Positions 36,725 through 44,914 of a stretch of DNA of 64,000 bases are shown here, piece after piece. The translations under genes were made by a program, and so were the position numbers. This DNA comes from Acidobacteriota bacterium (GTDB taxonomy: Bacteria; Acidobacteriota; Vicinamibacteria; Vicinamibacterales; CAVVIG01): the NCBI GenBank assembly GCA_025358945.1, contig JANYHS010000147.1:3868-67867 (forward strand). The letters are read 5' to 3'. Numbering within the stretch: the stretch's first letter is position 1; the number at the start of each line of letters is the position of its first letter. A model generated the notes under the pieces. That model did not search any database. It was not told the DNA's origin and worked only from the letters and a program-made list of their open reading frames with translations.

Positions 36725-38347
36725 ATGCGACGTTACCGTCCGCTGCCCGCCGTGTTCTTCGCGATCCTGGTCTCCGCCCTGGTCGGCGGATTGTTCGGTC
36801 GCAACGCGCTCGCGACCGACGACAAGGTCCCCGAACATTACCGCGCGTTCAGCGCGGCGCTCAACGCCATCGAGACCAATTACATCGATAAGGTCGACTC
36901 CGACAACCTGGTGTACGGCGCTGTGCGAGGCATGCTCGGCACGCTCGATCCGCATTCGAGTTTCTTCAGCCCGAAAGAATACGCGCAGATGCGCGAACGG
37001 CAGGAAGGCCGCTACTACGGCATCGGCGTGTCGATTCAGGTCTACGACGGCGACGTCACGGCGATGAACGTGTTTGAAGGGTCGCCCGCGCACAAGAAAG
37101 GTATTCGTCGCGGCGACGTGCTCGGGAACGTGGCCGGCGAAGACGCGAAAGGCTGGACCGTCGATCAGGCGATGCACAAGCTGCGCGGCGCCAAGGGCAC
37201 CACCGTCTGGGTCGGCGTCAAGCGGCGCGGCTACACCGAACCCATCAAGTTCGAACTGACGCGCGACGAGGTCTACATCCCGACGGTCCCCGCGTATTTC
37301 ATGATCGACGCGACGACCGGCTACATCCGGATGCAGGACTTCGGCGAGAACACCGACCGCGACGTCAAGCACGCGCTGCAGGATCTCACCACGAAGGGCA
37401 TGAAGCGCCTGCTGTTCGATATCCGCGGCAATCCCGGTGGTCCGCTCGATCAGGCGATCAAGGTCGTGAACGAATTCGTCCCGAAGGGCCGGATGATCGT
37501 CTACACGCGCGGCCGCGTGCCGAATTCGGATCAGGACTATCGCGCGACCGACGACGGGGCGTTCACCGAGATCCCGATCGTGGCGCTGGTCAACCGCAAC
37601 AGCGCGAGCGCCTCGGAAATCGTCTCGGGCGCGCTCCAGGATCACGACCGCGCCTACATTGTCGGCGAGACGACGTTCGGCAAGGCACTGGTGCAGTCGG
37701 TGTATCGCATCAGCGGCGGTGCGGGACTCGCGCTGACCACGGCGCATTACTACACGCCGTCCGGGCGCATCATCCAGCGTCCATGGGACGCGAGCTTCGA
37801 TGAATATCTCAGCTACACGATGCGCGATCAGGACGCGAACAAGGCGCACAACCCCAGCGACCTGAAGCACACCGACTCCGGGCGTCCCGTCTACAGCGGC
37901 GGCGGCATCGAACCCGATAAGCGCGTCGCCGGCCCGCTCGAAGGCTTCAACCCGGGTCGCTTCGGCCGCATGCTCGTGGCGCGCGGGGAATTCGCGAACT
38001 ACGCGATGAAGTACGCCGCCGATGGCGACACGCGCGTCACGCAGGCGTCCACGTTACGGAAGAACGTGAAGCCGAACTTCGTCGTGGACGATGTGATGAT
38101 GGGCGACTTCCGCGAGCAGATGAAAACCGATCGCGTGAAGATCGATGAGGACGCGTTCGCGAAGGATCTGGACTTCATCAAGGCCATGATGCGTTTCGAG
38201 ATCGACAACGCCGTGTTCGGGATCGCCGACGCGCGGCGTCATCTCATCGAGTCCGATCCGCAGGCGCAGGCGGCCCTGGCGATGTTCGGAGAGGCCCAGA
38301 AGCTGACCGAGCTCAGCAAAGGGTCCAAGATCAAGGCGAACAACTAG
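36725..38347 (+). CDS. ctp: S41-family carboxyl-terminal processing peptidase
   Basis: 540 aa with a signal/anchor, a PDZ region (GIGVSIQVYDGDVTAMNVFEGSPAHKKGIRRGDV) and the catalytic region RGNPGGPLDQA...NRNSASASEIVSGALQD. Confidence 0.9.
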   Translation: MRRYRPLPAVFFAILVSALVGGLFGRNALATDDKVPEHYRAFSAALNAIETNYIDKVDSDNLVYGAVRGMLGTLDPHSSFFSPKEYAQMRERQEGRYYGIGVSIQVYDGDVTAMNVFEGSPAHKKGIRRGDVLGNVAGEDAKGWTVDQAMHKLRGAKGTTVWVGVKRRGYTEPIKFELTRDEVYIPTVPAYFMIDATTGYIRMQDFGENTDRDVKHALQDLTTKGMKRLLFDIRGNPGGPLDQAIKVVNEFVPKGRMIVYTRGRVPNSDQDYRATDDGAFTEIPIVALVNRNSASASEIVSGALQDHDRAYIVGETTFGKALVQSVYRISGGAGLALTTAHYYTPSGRIIQRPWDASFDEYLSYTMRDQDANKAHNPSDLKHTDSGRPVYSGGGIEPDKRVAGPLEGFNPGRFGRMLVARGEFANYAMKYAADGDTRVTQASTLRKNVKPNFVVDDVMMGDFREQMKTDRVKIDEDAFAKDLDFIKAMMRFEIDNAVFGIADARRHLIESDPQAQAALAMFGEAQKLTELSKGSKIKANN

Positions 38348-38367
38348 TCCCTCCCGCCTTCGGGCAT

Positions 38368-38391
38368 GCGACCACAATTCGTTGTGGTCGC
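38368..38391 (+). terminator. stem-loop after ctp (10-bp stem, UUCG tetraloop)
   Basis: GCGACCACAA-ttcg-TTGTGGTCGC, 21 nt after the ctp stop. The trailing sequence AGATTGCTCTTG is only moderately U-rich. Confidence 0.45.
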
Positions 38392-38545
38392 AGATTGCTC
38401 TTGCCCCTACAGCTAGCCCTTGTTAGACTGACGACCGTTCTGACCCCGGGGCCGCTTTCGCGTCCGGAAAGCGAAAAAGGGTCACAAAAATCCAGCAAAC
38501 CCTTCAGGCTTCACGCCGTTGCCCTCAGCAACGGTCGGGTGTTCC

Positions 38546-41500
38546 ATGCGTCTCGAACGTCTAGAGATCAACGGCTTTAAGTCATTTTCAGACCGCTCGG
38601 AGCTGGCCTTCGACAAAGGGGTGACGGCCATTGTCGGCCCCAATGGTTGCGGCAAGAGCAACGTGGCGGACGCGATTACGTGGGTGATGGGCGAGCAGAG
38701 CGCCAAGAGCCTGCGTGGCGAGAAGATGGAAGACGTCATCTTCAGCGGCAGCGATGCGCGCAAACCGACCGGCTCCGCCGAAGTGCGCCTGCGGTTCAGC
38801 GGATTCCTGAAGACCGTCAGCGGCCCGGCGTTTCCCGCCGAGCCAGGCCTCGACGCCGCCGGGGGCAACGCGTCCGAAGTCGGCCACGGCAACGGACACG
38901 CCAGCGGTAACGGCCACGGCGCGAACGGGCACAACGGCAACGACCTCCACGCGGACGAGACGGGCAACGGTCATGGTCCCTCGATGGCGGACGTCGTCGG
39001 CATCGACGCGATCATCCAGTCGGTTGCGCGCGAGGTCGAGGTGACCCGCCGCCTGTACCGATCAGGTGAGAGCGAATACCTGATCGACGGCCGGGTGTGC
39101 CGTCTGCGCGACGTCCACGATCTGCTGATGGACACCGGCCTGGGCGCGAAGAACTACGCGATCATCGAGCAAGGCAAGATCGGGATGATCCTGAGTACGC
39201 GGCCGACCGACCGGCGCCAGCTGATCGAGGAAGCCGCGGGCGTGACCAAGTACAAGGCGCGGCGCCGCTCGGCGGAACTCAAGCTCGAAGCCGCGCAGCT
39301 GAACCTCACGCGCATCGACGATATCGTCTTCGAAGTCGAAAAGCAGCGCGGCACCTTGAAGCGCCAGGCCGGCAAGGCCAAGCGGTATCAGCGGCTGCGC
39401 GACGAGCTGCGCCGCTGGGAAAAGGTGCTGTTCGCGAGGAAGTACCGCCAGCTCGCGGAGACCATCGAGTCGGCGCGGGGCCGCCTGACCGACGCACGCG
39501 AGCGCGAGGCTGTGGCGGCTGGACGCGTCGGCGAAGTGGAAGCCGATCTCGGGCGCCTGCGCATCGAGCTGGTCGAAGCGGAAGCCGCGTCCACGCAGTC
39601 GCGCGAAGCCGCGCACGCACGCGAGCTTGCAATCACCCGCCACCAACAGCAGATCACCTTCGACCGCGAACAGGTGCAGTCGCTCGAGACCAGGACGACC
39701 AATGTCGCGGCCGAACTCGACGGACTGGAAGCCCGCCGCGAACCGGCGCGTCTGGCGCTCACGGCCCGGCGCGATGCGGCGGTCGAGGCCAACGCGGAAC
39801 GCGATCGCGCGTCGGCAACACTGGCCGCGGAATCGGACGCCTACGACGCGGCGCACCGCGAGCTCGAGGGCCTGGAAGCCGACGTGGAAGCCGCGCGCGG
39901 TGAAGTGTTCTCCGCGCTCAACTCCGCGACCGCGTTGCGCCATGCGCTCGAGCACGCGGCGGCAGCGCAGGACCGCGTCGGCGAATCGCTGTCAAAGCTC
40001 GATATCGAGATGAGCGATGTCCGCATCGAATCGGACCGCGTCGCGGCGGATCGCGCGGCCGCCACCGACGGCCTGCGGCGTGTCCACGATGCCATCGAAG
40101 CGACCCGGATTGCCCGGGCGGCGCGGGAGTCCGAGCTGGCCAGCGCGCGCATCGAGCACGAATGGCGTTCGCGATCCGTTCGCGCCCGCGAGCACGAGCT
40201 GGCCGGACTCGACGCGCGGCTGACGTCACTCGAAGAACTGGACGAAGCGCGCGCCGGGTACGGTGATGCCGCGCGAACGGTGCTCGTGCAGGCGAACGGT
40301 CTGGTCAATCAGCAGGGTGCGATCGCCGACTACCTCGAGGTTGAGTCCGGCTACGAGCGTGCCGTCGAAGCCTGCCTCGGCGATCTCCTGCAGCACGTCG
40401 TCGTCGAACGTCCAGAGCATGCGGCGGCCGGGTTCCAGCTGGTGCGCGAAGCCGGCGCGGGGCGCTGCGGCTTCCTCGTGACGGGGGCGGCGGAAGCCCC
40501 CGCTGTCGCCCGCAGCTTCCACGCGTCGATGAGCGTGACCGGCGACGTGTCGTACGTGCCGTCTCCGGCGGCGACGATCGCGTCCCTGCCGGCCGGCGTG
40601 GTCGCGCTATCGTCGGTCGTGCGCGTGAACGGACCGTTCGCCGCGTCGATTCGACAGGCGATGGGCGAGGCGGGAATCGCGCAGTCGTACGACGGCGCGG
40701 CGTTTGCCAGCCGGCTGACGCCGCTGGCGATCGCGACCCTCGAAGGCGACGTCTTCCGCGGACCGCATCTCGTGTCGGGTGGCGGACGCTCGGAGTCGCG
40801 CGGCATTCTCGAGACCAAGCGCGAGATCAAGGAACTGCGCGATCGCATCACCGCGGATCGCGAATCGTTGGTCCACCTGGCGCAGGAGACCGCCGAACTC
40901 GAGGCCACGATCGCGCACGCGTCCAACGCGATCGCCGCGCTGAACACCGAGCACCACAAACAGGACAAGGCATCGGTCGGCCACGACGCGCAGCTGCAGT
41001 ACGCGACCGATGAGGACACGCGGCTGGCGCAGAAGTCCGAACAGCTCGCGCGCGAGAAGCAGCAGGCCGAAGAAGAGCGCGACACGCTCGACCGTCGTCA
41101 GGACGAGGCGCGCGCCTCGATCGGGCGCCTGGAAGATGCACAACGGCTCGCCGACGAGCGGCTGACGGTTGCGCAGCGCCGGCTGTTTGAAGCCCGCGAG
41201 GGTGCGGAAGAAATGAGCCGCCGCGCTGCCGAAGCCGGCGCCGCGCACGCCGCGCTAGTCGAGCGGGCGAGTGCGCTGGCGATCGAAGTCCTCCGGCTGG
41301 AAGAAACGGGCGCCGAGCTGGAACAGCGCGCAGCCGCGCTCGCGGCGGAGCTGGACGAGACGCGCCAGCGCGTCAAGGAACTGCGGGAGGCGATCGCCTC
41401 AGGCGAAGTGCAGCTGGACGCGGACGTCCGCGAACTCGACGCGCTGCGCGATGCGGTGATGACGACGGGCGAAGCCGTCGCGGCGCTCCGGGCGCAGGCG

Positions 41501-42433
41501 GACGCGTTCGAGGCGGCGATCAAAGAAGCGCGCACCGCCCTCGACGCCATCCGGGCGGTCGTGTCCGAACTCAACGTGGCGCGCGCGACCGCCGAGGCGG
41601 ATCTCTCGCACCTCGCGCACACGTGCGAGGACGCCGTCAACGCGACGCTCGACGAAGTGCTGGTGGAAGTCGATCAACTCGAGCGCGACGGCCAGACCAC
41701 GCCGGACGCCGCTGTCGTGCTGGCGGACGAGCCGGACGAGGATGATCTGACGGCGCCTGGCGCGGCCGTGGTCGCGGCCGAACAGCGCGCGCTCAGCGCC
41801 GAAGAGGCGATCACCGCCCTGCGCGGGAAGATCGACCGGCTGGGCCCGGTCAACATGATGGCCATCGAGCAGTTCGACGAACTCGAGACCCGTCACGTGT
41901 TCCTCTCTACCCAGCGCACCGACCTGGTGGACTCGATCGCCCAGACCAGCGAGGCGATCAAGCGCATCGACGAAACCACACGCTCGCGTTTCGTCGAGGC
42001 CTTCGCGGCCATCAACACTAATTTCCAGCAGACGTTCAGCACGCTGTTCGGCGGCGGTCGCGCCGGCCTGACGCTGCTCGACGAGAACGATCCGCTCGAG
42101 AGCGGTATCGAAATCATCGCCCAGCCGCCGGGCAAGCGGCTCCAGAGCGTCCAGTTGCTCTCGGGAGGCGAGAAGGCGTTGACCGCGATCGCCCTGATGT
42201 TCGGCATGTTCAAGTACAAGCCGAGCCCGTTCTGCGTGCTCGACGAAATCGATGCGCCGCTCGACGACGCCAACATCGGGCGATTCGTGCAGATGCTGCG
42301 CGGCATGCAGGAGCACACCCAGTTCATCGTCATCACCCACAGCCGGAAGACGATGGAAATCGCCGACCGCCTGTACGGCGTGACGATGGAAGAACCGGGG
42401 GTCTCGAAATTGATCTCCGTGCAGTTGAACTGA
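38546..42433 (+). CDS. smc: chromosome segregation protein SMC
   Basis: MRLERLEINGFKSFSDRSELAFDKGVTAIVGPNGCGKSNVADAI, long coiled coils, a hinge, C-terminal LSGGEKALTAIALMF and VLDEIDAPLDD. Start trimmed to ATG 38546. Confidence 0.95.
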   Translation: MRLERLEINGFKSFSDRSELAFDKGVTAIVGPNGCGKSNVADAITWVMGEQSAKSLRGEKMEDVIFSGSDARKPTGSAEVRLRFSGFLKTVSGPAFPAEPGLDAAGGNASEVGHGNGHASGNGHGANGHNGNDLHADETGNGHGPSMADVVGIDAIIQSVAREVEVTRRLYRSGESEYLIDGRVCRLRDVHDLLMDTGLGAKNYAIIEQGKIGMILSTRPTDRRQLIEEAAGVTKYKARRRSAELKLEAAQLNLTRIDDIVFEVEKQRGTLKRQAGKAKRYQRLRDELRRWEKVLFARKYRQLAETIESARGRLTDAREREAVAAGRVGEVEADLGRLRIELVEAEAASTQSREAAHARELAITRHQQQITFDREQVQSLETRTTNVAAELDGLEARREPARLALTARRDAAVEANAERDRASATLAAESDAYDAAHRELEGLEADVEAARGEVFSALNSATALRHALEHAAAAQDRVGESLSKLDIEMSDVRIESDRVAADRAAATDGLRRVHDAIEATRIARAARESELASARIEHEWRSRSVRAREHELAGLDARLTSLEELDEARAGYGDAARTVLVQANGLVNQQGAIADYLEVESGYERAVEACLGDLLQHVVVERPEHAAAGFQLVREAGAGRCGFLVTGAAEAPAVARSFHASMSVTGDVSYVPSPAATIASLPAGVVALSSVVRVNGPFAASIRQAMGEAGIAQSYDGAAFASRLTPLAIATLEGDVFRGPHLVSGGGRSESRGILETKREIKELRDRITADRESLVHLAQETAELEATIAHASNAIAALNTEHHKQDKASVGHDAQLQYATDEDTRLAQKSEQLAREKQQAEEERDTLDRRQDEARASIGRLEDAQRLADERLTVAQRRLFEAREGAEEMSRRAAEAGAAHAALVERASALAIEVLRLEETGAELEQRAAALAAELDETRQRVKELREAIASGEVQLDADVRELDALRDAVMTTGEAVAALRAQADAFEAAIKEARTALDAIRAVVSELNVARATAEADLSHLAHTCEDAVNATLDEVLVEVDQLERDGQTTPDAAVVLADEPDEDDLTAPGAAVVAAEQRALSAEEAITALRGKIDRLGPVNMMAIEQFDELETRHVFLSTQRTDLVDSIAQTSEAIKRIDETTRSRFVEAFAAINTNFQQTFSTLFGGGRAGLTLLDENDPLESGIEIIAQPPGKRLQSVQLLSGGEKALTAIALMFGMFKYKPSPFCVLDEIDAPLDDANIGRFVQMLRGMQEHTQFIVITHSRKTMEIADRLYGVTMEEPGVSKLISVQLN

Positions 42434-42472
42434 CCGTCACTCCCTCCCGTATGTAAGGTGAGGAGGCCCCCG

Positions 42473-43348
42473 ATGGATGCTGCCGTTTCCCGCCGTGCTC
42501 TCGTCTTCGTGTTGCCCCTGGCCGTCGCGCTGGCTGGCTGCGACATGTCCATGGGCAACCTCTCGGCACGGGCCACAGACGAGTGGACGCACACCTACCC
42601 CCTGACGGCCGGCGGCGAGGTGCGCATCGTCAACACCAACGGAAAAATCGAGGTTGAAGGCGTGGACGGATCCACTGTCGAGGTACGCGCCGAGCGAATC
42701 GCCAAAGGCGCGACCGAAGAAGGGGCGAAGGAGCTCCTGCCGCGGATCGTCATCAAGGAAGACAGCAAGCCCGACCGGATCACGATCGAGACCGAGCGCA
42801 TCAGCGGGATCATGATCGGCGCCGGGTTCGAAGTCCGCTATCACGTTCGCGCGCCGAAAAACGCGTTCATCAACGTGACCAACACCAACGGCCAGGTTAC
42901 GGTAAACGGGCTCGCGGGCAAGGTCGTGGCCCACACGACCAACGGCGGCGTGAAAGGGACCAACCTCACCGGCGGTGTCGATGCCCGATCCACCAACGGC
43001 GGCGTCTCGATCGACATGGCGTCGGTCGGGTCCGAGCGCATCTCGCTCGAGACGACCAATGGCGGGGTGACGCTGATGCTGCCGGAAAAAGCCAAAGCGA
43101 CGGTCTCGGCCTCCTGCACCAACGGCGGCATCAGCGTCGGGTCGATCGACAACTTCGACGTGACGGACAAGTCCCGTCGTCACCTCGAAGGCCGTTTGAA
43201 CGGCGGCGGCACCGCGATCGAGCTGCAGACGACGAACGGCGGCATCCGCCTGCGGTCGCGAGATACGATTAACACACGCACCGACACGGATGCCACGGAT
43301 AAAGACGACGACGCCAAGCCCGCCAAAGACAAACCCAGGAACCGCTGA
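42473..43348 (+). CDS. DUF4097-like beta-strand-repeat lipoprotein (putative adhesin fold)
   Basis: Lipobox LAVALAGC. Repeated TNG(G/K/Q)(V/I) strands. AGGAGG 6 nt upstream of ATG 42473. Confidence 0.65.
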   Translation: MDAAVSRRALVFVLPLAVALAGCDMSMGNLSARATDEWTHTYPLTAGGEVRIVNTNGKIEVEGVDGSTVEVRAERIAKGATEEGAKELLPRIVIKEDSKPDRITIETERISGIMIGAGFEVRYHVRAPKNAFINVTNTNGQVTVNGLAGKVVAHTTNGGVKGTNLTGGVDARSTNGGVSIDMASVGSERISLETTNGGVTLMLPEKAKATVSASCTNGGISVGSIDNFDVTDKSRRHLEGRLNGGGTAIELQTTNGGIRLRSRDTINTRTDTDATDKDDDAKPAKDKPRNR

Positions 43349-43363
43349 ACGCGCAGAGGTGCG

Positions 43364-44485
43364 GTGAACGAGGACAAAGCCACCCGTTATCACCGCCTGA
43401 AGCGCCAGGCGAGCATCGCGTCGATGCTCTGGAGCGTGCTGTTGCTCGGCGGGCTCGTCGCCACCGGCTGGAGCACCACGCTGCGAAACGCCGCCGAGAC
43501 GGCGGCCGGTCACATCGCCCCGGCGTCGTGGCAGGCGGGCGCCACGGTCCTCTGCTACGTCGTTTTGCTGTCGATCCTTCACGAACTGGCGGGTCTCCCG
43601 CTCGGGTTCTACAGCGGCTTTTTCCTCGAACGACGGTACGACCTCTCGAAAGAGACGCTCGCCGGATGGCTTGGCGATCAGGCAAAGGCGTTCGGCATTG
43701 CGATGCTGGTCGGCGCCGCGGCGGGGGAACTGGTCTACGGCTTCATCCGGATCTCGCCGGATCGCTGGTGGCTGACCGCCGGCGTCATGTTTTCGCTGCT
43801 GATTGTCGGCCTCGCGAACCTGGCTCCCGTTCTCCTGCTGCCGATCTTCTACGCGCTCAAGCCTCTCGAGCGCGAGGCGCTGCAGGCCCGACTGCTCTCG
43901 CTGGCGGAGCGCGCCGGCGCGCGCGTCCTTGGCGCGTACGAATGGGGCCTCGGTGAGAAAACCAGGAAAGCCAATGCCGCGCTGACCGGGCTCGGCAGGA
44001 CGCGGCGGATCCTCGTGTCGGACACGATGCTTGCGGAATTCCCGGACGAGGAGATCGAGGTCGTACTTGCCCACGAGATCGCGCATCACGTGCATGGCGA
44101 CATCTGGAAGGGCATCGCGTTCGAGAGCGCCCTGATCGTGGCCGGGTTCTATCTGGCATCGCAGGTGCTGCACGCGATGGCGGACCCAATCGGTCTGCGC
44201 GGTGTGGGCGACGTTGCCGGGCTGCCGCTGTTGCTGCTTGCGGCAGGCGCGGTGTCGCTGGTGATGGTGCCGGCTGCGCACGCGATGTCGCGAAACTTCG
44301 AACGCAAGGCGGATCGCTTCGCGCTGGACCTCACGCGGAACCCTGCCGCGTTCATCTCGGCGATGCGCCGCCTCAGCGCGCAGAACCTCGCGGAGGAGCA
44401 TCCCTCGCGGATCGTGCAATGGCTCTTCTACAGCCATCCGCCCGTGCGCGACCGCATTGCGGCCGCGCAGTCCTTCAAGGTCTGA
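43364..44485 (+). CDS. M48-family zinc metallopeptidase (Ste24/HtpX-like)
   Basis: Multiple TM helices and the HEIAHHVHGD (HExxH) motif. Confidence 0.8.
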   Translation: MNEDKATRYHRLKRQASIASMLWSVLLLGGLVATGWSTTLRNAAETAAGHIAPASWQAGATVLCYVVLLSILHELAGLPLGFYSGFFLERRYDLSKETLAGWLGDQAKAFGIAMLVGAAAGELVYGFIRISPDRWWLTAGVMFSLLIVGLANLAPVLLLPIFYALKPLEREALQARLLSLAERAGARVLGAYEWGLGEKTRKANAALTGLGRTRRILVSDTMLAEFPDEEIEVVLAHEIAHHVHGDIWKGIAFESALIVAGFYLASQVLHAMADPIGLRGVGDVAGLPLLLLAAGAVSLVMVPAAHAMSRNFERKADRFALDLTRNPAAFISAMRRLSAQNLAEEHPSRIVQWLFYSHPPVRDRIAAAQSFKV

Positions 44486-44491
44486 TCGTCG

Positions 44492-44842
44492 TTACTTGCG
44501 CGGCTTCACAACGAGCACACCGCGCATCTGGCGGCAGCCGTCCTCGACTTGCAGGTTGCAGTAGTACGGGAACTCACCGGCGCGGTCGGCGCGGAATTCA
44601 AATGTGACCGGCTGTCCGGGGCCGACGCGTTTGGCGATCCGGTAGTCGTCAATCGTCAGGCTGTGCGCGATGTCGCTGGTGCTCAGCTGAATTGTGACGA
44701 GGTCGTCCTGATTGACTTCGATCCGCGCCGGTTCGAACGCGTAGCGGTGCGCGGAGACGACGAACGGCTTGGCGGTGGGACCTTGATCTTGCGCGGACAG
44801 CGCAGATGCGGCGAGCGCGAAGGTCAGAAGCAGTGCGCGCAC
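44492..44842 (-). CDS. secreted cupredoxin-fold protein (plastocyanin/azurin-like)
   Basis: 116 aa with a signal peptide, then a beta-sandwich pattern VTIQLSTSDIAHSLTIDD...FPYYCNLQVEDGCRQMRGVLVV (His/Cys/Met candidate ligands). Confidence 0.5.
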   Translation of the reverse strand: MRALLLTFALAASALSAQDQGPTAKPFVVSAHRYAFEPARIEVNQDDLVTIQLSTSDIAHSLTIDDYRIAKRVGPGQPVTFEFRADRAGEFPYYCNLQVEDGCRQMRGVLVVKPRK

Positions 44843-44857
44843 GTCAGCGATTGTACG

Positions 44858-44890
44858 CTGAAAGGGCTGAGAGCATTGAGCCCTCAGCCC
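44858..44890 (-). terminator. stem-loop after pnp (minus strand), built from GGGCTSA heptamer repeats
   Basis: GGGCTGAG (44864-71) pairs with CTCAGCCC (44883-90) around an 11-nt loop. On the minus strand it is followed only by TTTC. Confidence 0.4.
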
Positions 44891-44914
44891 TAAGCCTTCA
44901 GCCCTGACGGATTG

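Noticed and set aside
38453-38478. Hairpin CGCTTTC-N7-GAAAGCG followed by AAAAA in the ctp/smc spacer, considered as a terminator or small RNA
   Set aside because: An A-run (not a U-run) follows on the plus strand, and the T-run precedes the stem on the minus strand. No conserved ncRNA motif (SRP, 6S, tmRNA, RNase P) was recognisable in the 199-nt spacer.
42437-44437. 666-aa minus-strand ORF over the DUF4097 and M48 genes. Similar antisense ORFs occur at 57446-59377, 35140-36714, 28305-29657, 31029-32345, 11278-12645, 13599-14828 and 26221-27510.
   Set aside because: All are antisense to genes with clear motifs or signal peptides and have Arg/His/Asp-rich compositions. They are treated as GC-driven spurious ORFs.
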